Part shown: in pieces, positions 1 through 12,000 of the stretch
How positions within the stretch are numbered: the stretch's first letter is position 1
Layout: every line of letters begins with the position of its first letter
Origin: Tubulanus polymorphus
Taxonomy: Eukaryota > Animalia > Nemertea
DNA length: 64,000 nucleotides
Direction of reading: 5' to 3'
NCBI RefSeq assembly: GCF_964204645.1
Contig: NC_134026.1
Coordinates: 30,538,150 to 30,602,149 of the forward strand
The notes under the pieces: generated by a model
What the model was told of the DNA's origin: nothing
Databases searched by the model: none
What the model saw: the letters and a program-made list of their open reading frames with translations, nothing else
Position numbers and translations under genes: made by a program

Positions 1-54
1 ATGATAAATATTGATAAAACGAAATGATTAATTAATTGATGTATCTATTTGTAG

Positions 55-3000
55 GATGTCCTGATTATTTGTACGGATTGAATTGTGAGAAGGAATGTAA
101 TTGTCACAATCCTAGCGAAGTATGTTATAAACTATCAGGACGTTGTTTAACTGAAGGTTGTGCTGCTGGATATACAGATGACTGCACCACCGGTGAATAT
201 ATCTCTAGACATTCTAATCACGGTCCAGTTACTTAGTTTAACATTGGTTCAAATGAGTTGAGAGTTAAAATCAGTTCATTTGACTATTGAATCAAATCTT
301 TATTAGAACTGAGTCCTGAGTATCTTAGAACTGAGTCCTGGTTTTAACTTGCAACTGTTGGAGTTCTGTGACCCAGTTCTGTGACCCAGTTCTACAGTTG
401 AGGATTAAAATGATTTCATTAGCCTCATCAAAGAATGAACTAATTGCGACTAGAGCCAAACTAGGAACTGAGTTCTGGGGTTCAGTTTCACGACAAAGTT
501 TAATCTGTTAATGGTTAAATTTGAATAATTGTTGTCATCATTGAAAACATGAAGCAACTGATAAAAATTAAACCAAAAATTTTGGCCGTGAAACTGGATG
601 CTTTTCTTTATTAGCTTCGTCAAATCCTAATTCGAGAAAGATCAATAAAACAGTCGCTTAATTTCATCTGCTGCTGAAGATGAATGAATGATTGATGTAT
701 AACTACTGTCTCATGAGTCGTCGATACGTTATAATTACATTAATTCACTATATTAATTATTGATTACGTAATACGCAAGTGTATTACGTGTATTACGTGT
801 AATTACTATAGATATAGATAATTCATAGTAATAATATTCAACACTCAGTTCGTTCTATTGTATAATGGCAGTATACGTGATACTGATATATTTGACCTGT
901 TTCATGTCTATTAATTATAATGTTGACTTGTTTTATGAATAGATTGCTCTAACGGAAGATTCGGGGTCAACTGTCAATTCTACTGTCACTGTACGAATAA
1001 TGAAATCTGTAACAAAGTCACCGGTGAATGTCATAGTGGTTGCGCTGATGGATGGTCGGGACCTGGATGTCAAATTGGTAATAATTGATTAATGAACTAT
1101 GGAATGTTGCTGTTATTCTGTAATTACGATTAATTCGACGTAGACCCTCAATTAACTCGTTAAGCTCCTAGTGATATAGATCTGATTCTGGTGACTATTG
1201 CCAAGAACTTTACCATCGCTTCTACCCCACATAGAATATCAGATTCAATGTCAGTCCTGACCTGGTTTGCTCTATTGACCATCTTCGAAATAAATTTTGA
1301 AAAAATAAAGGAACCAGTTCAACAGTTGCCTGATTTAAGATTTAACTCTTATGTACTTATTCAACTCTGGAGTCAAATTTAACCTAGATCTGTGGAACTG
1401 GGTCCTGAACTATGAACGTAACTATTTCCTACTCAATCCACAAATCGGCAAAGCTTTTAAACCCTTATAATGCACCAAATATGATTTTCTGGAGCAGGAC
1501 CCCCTACTGTAGTGTTGAGCCTCTAGTGATCGCTTGATTGAGGATGGTCTATTGTCCAGGTATCATTTTGTCTAGTAAAAACTGAGTCGTAAGATGAAAA
1601 TTGAAACATTGCTTTCAGGTAATGTAGCTGTACATAAGATAGCCGAGCAGAGCAGTCAATATGAAGTATATAATACACCTGAGAAAGCAGTAGATGGTGA
1701 AGCTATGTTCTCACATGTTCATAATTGTACTCATACCGGCAAAGATCGTGCGCCCTGGTGGAAAGTCGACTTAGATTCTAAACATGTGATTTATTCGGTG
1801 AAAATCTATAACAGAATTTGTCCTGGTTGTGGTAAGTGCTGAAGTCATTTTACAGTCAATCTCTGTTACAGTTGAGATGATCATTATGTTGATGACTAAA
1901 ACATTGCAAATACAAATTGGAAATAAGAAATTTAAGACCCCGAGTAATGTAACGACTTATCTGATGATCTAACCGTCGAATTTCAACTGTAATTCTTCTT
2001 CTAAATATCTTTTTCTTGAAACTTTCTAGAGGACAGATTGCGTAATTTCACAGTTACAGTCGGTAAAATTCCGTGGGTTCCCGATCCTAAAGATAAACTG
2101 TGCGCTCTACAGAAAGATGCGGTCGCTGATGGTGGAGTCATCGATTTAACGTGTAAGAAACCATTAATCGGACGATACGTGAAAATACAAATCAACGAAA
2201 GATTGGATTATTTAGCTCTGTGCGAAGTGCAAGTTCAAGGATATCCGTTTATCAGTAAGTTTGAATCAGGCAAACAAGAATTCTGAGAAGAATTCCTCTC
2301 TCGCTTGTAACCAGAGTAACCGAGAGGCTGTGAATTTCCTCTCGTACTTGACATTGTTTATTTAGTGGTAGTTTTTGAGTGAATGCGTACAATGTTTTTT
2401 CAGCTTGTTACACACCACAGTACGGACCGAACTGTAACTTAGATTGTCACTGCTCAAACTCGAGTGAAGTTTGCGATGTTATCACCGGTCATTGTAAATC
2501 TGGTTGCAGTGAAAGATTCACTGGTGTTAATTGTGAAATCGGTAAGTTCTGCTCCCGCAGTTTTTTTCATCTCCATAAATCATTGCTATCAGCAATTGTG
2601 CTGTCAATAGAAAGCAAGTGTAGCTAATAATTTGTATGTGAAACATTCTTTTTAAAATTTGTGTTTATAAATAGATCTTTCCGATAAGTTGTTCAAGACT
2701 CGGTTCAACAATTCTCTCGGTTAACATTCAACTCAAAGGGTTTAGACATTGGAACTCAACTAACTAATCCCTAGTCAAACTTACTGAACTGGATCCTGAA
2801 CTGTGGAACTGAATCCTGAATTGTGGAACTGAATCCTGAACTGCGGAACTGGATCCTGAACTGTGGAACTGGATCCTGTTGAGTGGAACTGTGGAACTGT
2901 GGAACTGTGGAACTGTGGAACTGAATCCTGTTCTTGATGATGAATTAATGTTGTATTTTATTTTCAGAATTGCCGACACTGCGAGATGCTCCGCATCTTA

Positions 3001-6000
3001 GCAACCGAACAGACTCTTCTCTAACGATCAACTGGCCGGCATGGACCGAAGAGACCGGTGGTGGTCAGGGTCCGGTTACTGCTTACATCGTTGAATATAA
3101 GGCTGAATTACCCGAGGATGATATTTGGCACGAGAGTCAGATAATTCCAGAATTCGGATTGAAAACGGTGACAGCTCGCGTCACTGATCTCGCCGTCGAT
3201 AGCAGATATTATTTCCGTATCCGATTACAGCGTAAAGAAGGTCGCGATGGAGAAGCTAAAATCGGCGCCTCCGGACCGATGGGAGGACCGTTCCGAACTA
3301 AGTGTACAGCGCCATCTATTGGACCAAAGATTACCGATATACGTACAGCACCTTTAGGTTTATCGTTGTGGCCATCGCGAGCATCGGTGACTCTTTCCTG
3401 GCAGGTGAGTTAATGCAAATACAGTAAAACCCTCAGGTTTACAGCACTTGCCCATTACGCAACGTACTGGGGTGAAATCTTTGAAAACATTCAAATTATC
3501 TCTAGTACTTTTGGGGTATTAATAAATCAGCAGTGAAAGGGTTAATTACTGGGTTAATTTAAAATTTGGGAAATTATTTACTTGCGTGACCACTAAGTGG
3601 CGTGATACCGATAAACCAAAGCTTAACTGCCAGTAACAGATATATATTTGTAAATTACAGGCCGTTCCTTTGAATTCTATGAACTGCCTCGATATGAAAG
3701 GATATAAAGTTTATTACGTACAGCAAGGAGAATGGAAGTCTATAAAGAATCTATTCTCACAACCACCGGCAACTGTCAGCAACCTTTACGCTCATAGTCT
3801 TTATAAAATGAAAGTCGCTGTGTTGAATTCAGATGATATGGAAACATCAGGATCTCCTGTTAGTATACTGACTGCTGATGGACGTAAGTGACGTGAATTC
3901 CGCTGTAACGATCGCCTGTACAACTGAGTTCTGATATTATATTCATTTATTGAAATTACTAATTATGAAAAAGAGATTTAAGACGAAGAATTTGTCGCTT
4001 CAGGTCCGGGAAGAGTTCGAGATGTTGAAGTGAATCACGGACCGAATTTAATCAGTATATCGTGGTTACCTCCGGCTTCGAATGAAAGTTTCGGCGACAT
4101 TGAACAATATCAAATCAAACATCGACTGGAGAAGATATTAGCGTGTGATTACGAGACGACGGATACGGCTATCTCAATCAGAACTCATCAGTTAAACTCA
4201 ATCATTAAAAACCTGAAACCGTATCGGAAATACCAGATCATCATCACGGCTGAGACTAGCGCTGGACAGGGGCTAGAAACTGTTCAACAAGTCATAACTA
4301 CTCCTTCAGGTAAAACTAACAGTTTGTAACTATTCCATCAGGTAACACTACCAGTTTGTAACTACTCTATCAGGTAACACTACCAGTTTGTAACTACTCT
4401 ATCAGGTAAAACTAACAGTTTGTAACTATTCCATCAGGTAACACTACCAGTTTGTGACTACTCTATCAGGTAACACTACCAGTTTGTAACTACTCTATCA
4501 GGTAACACTACCAGTTTGTAACTACTCTATCAGGTAAAACTACCAGTTTGTAACTCATGGTTCCTACAGTACCAGGAACAAACTTTTGGGTAAAAATGAA
4601 ATGATGTAACTGTGGGAACCATGGTAACAACGATCAGATTATTGTAGGTGTATATAGATTAATGAGTCCGTTTTCTTGTCCGACAATTAGGTCGCCTTCG
4701 TGGTCAAATATTAGTACGTTCGGATGATCTAAAGTTTTCTTATCTTCGAGAATAGAAATGGCCTGATCTTTATCCATTCCCTTCGCCGTCAGAGGAATGC
4801 GTAGTATTCTAAACGGACTCCAGGCGGCGCTGATTACGCTGCGGTTATCGTCGATGCAGATACCTCTCGACGGAATCTGAACGGAATCGGTCGATTCGTT
4901 CTTGAATAATTCCACGTTCGCGGCGTTCTCTTTCCGCAGAATGAAGTCGTTATCGTTGTGTTTGGTGCTCGCGAATAAATCTCCGTGTTCGTTTGCGGTG
5001 AGATATCGGATCCAATGATCCGGTAACATCGATATAGTGCGTTCATAATTTAGAATGAAGTTCCATTTACTTCCACGTTTGCCGTCCTCTTCGACCGAAG
5101 CGTTTATTCTGTAACAGTTCACGTTCCCGCTGTACGCGAAACCTACGAATAACCGATCGTTATTCTCTATAAACAGCGCGCACGGTTCCTCGTCGAGGGA
5201 GATCACTCGTACCTCGTTTCCCTCGATCGTATAAACGTAGAGCGCGCACGCCGTGTGATCGCTGACGATCACTAACTCATCGTCGTAGACAATCACTCGA
5301 CGCGGATCGCTCATTTTAAACTCACCCGTCCCCTTGATGATCGTGCGCACGTGGAATTTCTTGTTCCACATTTTATCGCATACAAGAACGTGTTTATTAT
5401 GAAAGTCGAGGATTAGAATTCCGTCGCTGTAAAGAGCTATATCTGTTATAACCGGCGTTCCGACTTCTTTATAATTCACAATCTCAGTAGTCGATACGTA
5501 GACGACTCTCATGTTGAGTTTATCGGTCGAATCGCGCGGAGTTTTCCTCTGATTCTCGACGGCGATCGCCGCTTTCATCGTATCGGTCTCATACGATCCG
5601 ACCGGATACGTATCGGTCACGTGTATCCGGTCTAAACGTCCGACGATATTCTTACCGAGGATATCCTTACCGTGTAGAAACGTATTGAGCAGCGGGTTCT
5701 TCGTGAACCGTACTCTCAACTGTTTCAGACGTCTATAATCGGGACTTCGTTCGCCGGGTTTCTGACCGAACCAGCTCGAGTTCTCGGTCGTAAACGAATA
5801 CAACGCCAACAGACGATTCAAAATCTTTTCGTCTTGACAAAGTTTGAACAAATCTCCGCAATTATTCGCCTTCTGAATATCCACTAGTAACCGTTCCAGG
5901 TCTATTTTACTCAATTCTTCGAATAATTCTTTCAGATAATCGAGTTTCTCCAGTAGAATATTTCGGCTGTTTTCGATCAGTGATTTAAGTTGTTCCGCGC

Positions 6001-9000
6001 GATCGTTCACTTGATTTTTGACGTTTTCGAATTCCTGTAAATGGTCGGCGGTGAATTTCTCGAGAATCAGATAATCGTCGGAAGATTTCGTCATTATATC
6101 CGTATTTTTCAGTTCCTTGTTGTGTAGCGTGAGTTTAATTCGATCTAATGATTCGGTAAGTTCTACGACCCGGTGCCCCTGATGAGCGTAAAGATGACAG
6201 CGTTGACAGATCGGTATTCGACAGTTTTCTTCGCGACAAAACAGAGTCAACTCTAAATCATGGATGTGACATTTCGGCGGTTCGACTTTCAAGAATAAAG
6301 CGCGGTATTCCTCGATAGTGAAAATGCGATGCTCGATAAACTCGGCGCCTTGCGTGTGGATATCCAGACATCGCGGACACATAAATATCTTACAGTCCAT
6401 GCACCAAAAATCAGCTACATCTTCGTCATCGATACGCGAAGCGGGACTAGCTCTGGCAGTAGAGGATACAGCGGAGGATCGAGGTGATCGAGATGCCTCA
6501 CTCAGTTGTCGCGTTAGATCGCTAACCGGACTAGAACTATCGAGGATTCGCTGTAGTATCGGATCCAGTTCAGAATCAGCCGTTCCCGGACGTTTCGATT
6601 TCTTCGTCGGTTTTTTAATCGGTTTGTTAACCTGTTTATCGGAATGAATCGCGGGTGTTTGATGTTTTGATCTGTCGGTCGAAGGAGTAATCGGTTTACT
6701 CACGGTTGACGTAGTTTTCGGACCGAGTTCTCGACTAACAGTCGATGTAGTTTTCGGACCTAGTTCCGTTTTGGGTCTGTTTTCATATTCGTGCCACTTG
6801 CGGTGGTATTTTGCCTGGCAGATATAATCGGGTTCTATGAGTGATTGTAGTATATTCAACCCTTCGAACACGTCTGTCAGTTCCTGTAACTCGCTGTGCG
6901 GCACGTAGAAACTCTGATCACATTTCGGACATCTCAGTTTCGACGCTCGTTTCTCCTGGTGACCTTCACCCGGTTTATTAACGATCGCTTCCTGTTTAGG
7001 TTGAATCTGCAGCAGACATTTGATACAGATCACGTGATTACACGGCATGTGTTTACCGTCGGGAGGTGAAAGAATGTCTTTACACACGACGCATTGCGAC
7101 AACTTCTTGATGACTTTGTTTAGATTATTGGTCGTTGCCTCTGAATCGACGATTGTTTTCTCTTTCACCGGTGACGACGGAGTTTTAGTCGTAATTGTTG
7201 AAGTTGTTTTTGGTCCGTTCGGTCGATAGTTTGAATCTGGTGTTGCAGCTGTAATTATTGAGTTCCTCGTCGTGATTCTCGTGGATCTACGCGATGATAC
7301 CCGTTCAGCAGCCTCGGCCTGTTCGATCAGATCAGCTGTAGCTATTCGTGGATTTGTAGATGTTCTGCTCGCGGTTCTACTCACCGTACTCGTTGGTAAA
7401 CTCATCGTTGATGATTGACGTCGTCTAGTTTGATTTGACTGTCTGGTCGACGACCTGCGACTTCCAGCAACGCTTCCCTCTCCTCCATTAGACATGTTTA
7501 AAGATATCCAGTTCGCTCGCTGCTCCTCACTTTACACCTGTTCTTTCACTTATGATATTTATTTAAAAGTTTGAAGTAAATAATTGAAAGCACTTTGACA
7601 TTCACGTTACGTTCATTCAAATAGACTATTAGCTATTGAGTTTCTCTTTCTAAACAGCTTAATCAATCAAAAAGGCTGAGCCGATGAAATGATCGTGATC
7701 TCTTTAGAAATTACACTTTTGATTTTGACAAATTTGATCATCGATGGTTCATTTAGAAATAGGCATAAAGAGGGAGTATTTTAGGTTCTAAGATGTTGCT
7801 ATAGATCAAATCAATGTTGTCCGAACTAAAGAAAATAAATTCGAAGTAACAATGAATTACAGCTATATTGGCCTTATTTAACCCATCAAGAGATACATAT
7901 TGTGAGTAACTGTTATAAATTGGTCTATAAGTCACATATAAGAATAACTACCGGTCCGCACTATAGATATCTGTCACTGTGTCTATGAATAGTGAAGAAA
8001 ACCTAATGTATACCATAAATATATCTCCAGGTGTTTTTAAAAGAGCATTTCTCGCATAAAACAAGTTTCCATTCATATCTCTTAGCGTGAACCTGTTCTC
8101 GATAGTACTGACTTCTAATTGACTTTTTGCTGAACGCTTATTACTTTTCATTTCCATTGTCTCGTTCATTCAGTAAATTGCGCTCGAGTCTTCATAACTG
8201 ATATCAGTCCTCGTTAGCAGTTTACAATACTGAAACATATGTGAAAAAATTATCTGAAAAAATCATAAAGAATGAGGAATTAAATTGTTTTATAACAGCC
8301 CGGGGTAGTTATGATAAACCCAACCCTTTAACAGTACTCAAGGGGAAATAGCATTTTCATATCAAAGAAAGTTCACGCAATAAAAAACAACTTCAAAAAA
8401 ATTTTAATTACTAATCATTTATGTTAATTAACACGAGAACAGGTATTAACTGATTTTATTAGAAATTGCTAGATTTTGCTACTAGTGCATAGAAGAGCCT
8501 CATCGGGTAAATGAGTACAGTTTGGGGAAACGATAGTATTTATAGGGAGAGGCATTCTAAACTGATTTACCCGATGCTGGTACTCTATGCACTGATAGCT
8601 GAAGCTGGTGATCTGACCAACATAGAACCTGTTCTCATGTTTTCTGATTTGAAACCAGTTTTACATTGTCTCCTCTTCATCTGTACGATATTAATTCGTT
8701 ATTATTTATTTCAGTACCTACTGGAGTTCCGATTCAACCGATCGTTAATCGTGTAACTGAAACAAGCGCTCACGTTCAATGGGTTGAGTTTGCGTGTGAG
8801 AATCGTAACGGACCAGGTTTACTGTATCACTACGAGTATACCAGTCAACACGACTATAGAACTATCGAACTTAGAACACGATCGACTTCAATTGAATTAG
8901 AGGATCTCATTCCGTTCACTAATTATTCGTTACGCTATAGATTTGAAACTGACGTCGGATATGGAAAATTCTCCGCGGAGACAATGTTTTCAACAATAGA

Positions 9001-12000
9001 AGCAGGTATCGAATTTTCACTAATTGAACGTAGAATTATACAATATACCGCAATCAAGAAGAAATAAAGAGTCTGGGGCCGGTTGCTCAAAAGTTGGCTA
9101 GAGTTAACCAGTGGATAGTTGACTATAGTGACAGTTGAAATTTCATTGTTGCTATGGTATTTATCCACCGGTCATCTTTAACCAACTTTTGAGCGACTGG
9201 CCCCTGAAATGTTTCCTTCAGTTAATATAGTTTATTAAACATTTCAACTATATCCTAATAGTCATCGACAGGAATACATCATAACAAAATTATGAGATAT
9301 CTTATTGTGAGGGTTTCTAGTTTTGTATATAGGGCTTAAGAGAGTAGTTAATTATTACAATGTGATACAAACTACTAGGGGTAATAAAAAAAGGAAATTT
9401 CACATCTTATTGTTTGAATTGTTTCTTTGTTCTAGATCTGTATCTCATAATTTTCAAAAAACACTAATATTCCAGAAGATGACTATTATTATATAGTCAA
9501 AACGTTGGGATAAAATACTCGTTCAGGGAAGCATTTCGAACTCAATTTTCTTTCTGAGTGTGAGATTTTATATTGTCATCACAACACAGACACAGAGTGT
9601 GTTTCATCAATTGTTATTAACATAGGAGGAAAGGGACTGTTGATTTTTGAAGTGAAAAAACCGCAATCATAAGAAAATCTAGAAATGTTGTGCGCATGAT
9701 AATTGATAGATCTATGTAACTGTTTTTCCTCTGATTGTGAGATTCTTTCACTCGTAAAATACTGCAATCAAAAAGTGTCAATTTGATTTATTCGAATCTA
9801 TTCAAATTTACGGCGGCTTCATTTAAATTGACTAATTTCACATGGAATACTTTCATTTGATTTATTTGAGATCACAGACGGAAATTAGAGTAAATTGCAC
9901 CGGGTAATTTCATTCCAGCGCCTCCGGCTCCGATCGCGTATCTAGCATCTGTAGATTATAATTCACTGACTGTTGCTTGGAGTGCTCCGTTTCCTCCTAA
10001 TGGAATACTAACGTCGTATACAGTACTGTGCTGGGAGGAGAATCTCGGGAAAGCAGCGGCGATGAAAAAAATCATCCTGAATCCGGCGATGACTAGAATA
10101 GTATTCGATCATCTACTGACTGCTACTGACTATCTGTGTGTGGTACGTGTTCACGGTTCCATCGTGTACCGTATTTCAATAACGTCTGAAATAAGAACTT
10201 TAGAAACGAATTTGAATTATAGGTACAAGCTACTACAAGAGCCGGTGCTGGTCCATTCAGTGGTTTAATTAAAGCTAATACCGTTGAATCAGGTCAGTGT
10301 TACACTAACTCTTCGACTCAGCTGCAACTTAATCATAATGGTCTCAAGAAGTTGAGTTAGATTGGCTATAAAACCAAATTAAGTGTAGACAGCTCTTAAA
10401 TCTCAGCCTTAACTGTGAAACTGGTTCTTGTATTTAATCATGAATGATCGTACTGAAGAAGATAAGATTATTTGCAGTGCCGGACGCACCAGCTGAAATT
10501 ATACTAGCTGAACGTACTACATCATCTTTAACCATTACCTGGAAGGATCCTAAGATGATGAATGGACAACTTAACAGATTTAAGGTAAGCTTACCTGATG
10601 GGTATTGCGAGGCCAGGTCTCACACACAGTCATGACTCAATAAGTCTTGGTCTTAAGTTGTTAGATTATAGAAGCAAAACTAGTCTAAAATCTAAGCGTT
10701 GATTGCAACAACATTGTCCTTGATGTTTCAGTTATATATTACTCATGGAATAAGAACCTACTTTTAAATATTTGTCTTCATTAAAGGTGACTTGCACTCC
10801 GCAACAGACGTACGATTTAGACGCTCGAATGAACCCGTCGAAGTACGTCAGATCACAAGTTGTAATGTCTGATATTCATCATCATCAGTTCTCTAATTTA
10901 CTATCGGGAACGTCGTATGAATGTCGAGTTGAAGCTAGAACGAGGAAAGGTTACGGTCCTCCTAAATCTATTGTTGCGTTCACACGACCTGCGAGTAAGT
11001 TTTACCCTTCTCTCGTAAGTTTTACCCGTCTCTCGTATATACGCTTTGCTTACCGGTATATCGGAATAGGGGTCTTTAGCACAAGATGCACAAATCTATT
11101 GAAATAGGCAGGACGCAGTTCCACAGTTCTGGATCCAGCCTCATGGTTTTCGACCCAGCCTCGTGGTTTTGGACGCAGACTCATGGTTCTGGACCCAGTC
11201 TCATGGTTCTGGACTCAGTCTCATGGTTTTGGATGCAGACTCATGTTCTGGACCCAGTCTCATGGTTCTGGACCCAGTCTCATGGTTCTGGACCCAGTTT
11301 CATGGTTCCGGACCCAGTCTCATGTTCTGGACCCAGTCTCATGGTTCTGGACCCAGTTTCATGGTTCCGGACCCAGTCTCATGTTCTGGACCCAGTTTCA
11401 TGGTTCTGAACCCAGTCTCATGGTTCTGGACCCAGTCTCATGGTTCTGGACTCAGTCTCATGGTTTTGGATGCAGACTCATGGTTCTGGACCCAGTCTCA
11501 TGTTCTGGACCCAGTCTCATGGTTCTGGACCCAGTTTCATGGTTCCGGACCCAGTCTCATGTTCTGGACCCAGTTTCATGGTTCTGAACCCAGTCTCATG
11601 GTTCTGGACCCAGTCTCATGGTTCTGGACTCAGTCTCATGGTTTTGGATGCAGACTCATGGTTCTGGACCCAGTCTCATGGTTCTGGACCCAGTTTCATG
11701 GTTCTGGACCCAGTCTCATGGTTCTGGACCCAGTTTCATGGTTCTGGACCCAGTCTCATGTTCTGGACCCAGTCTCATGGTTCTGGACCAAGTCAAAGGT
11801 TCTGAGTTAAGATTTAACTGATGAGATAACTCATTGAAACTGAACTAATTTCAACTCAGGGCCCAGTTGCACAGTCGTGACTTAAGTCTAAAAGTGGTCA
11901 TCTTCAGACTGGTCTTAGGTCGTTAGATTGGCTATAGAACTAAGTTGGTCTTAGACTGGTCTTAAGTCTAAGCCATGACTATGCAACTGGACCTAGAAGT

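Noticed and set aside
11110-11800. CRISPR-like appearance of the regular repeats (also 25360-25715 and 31795-32385)
   Set aside because: There are no unique spacers and no cas genes, and the context is eukaryotic and intronic or coding.
11086-11821. Overlapping ORFs of 67-215 aa (MVLDPVSWFWTQSHGSG...)
   Set aside because: They are translations of the intronic 19-20-bp minisatellite in all frames.
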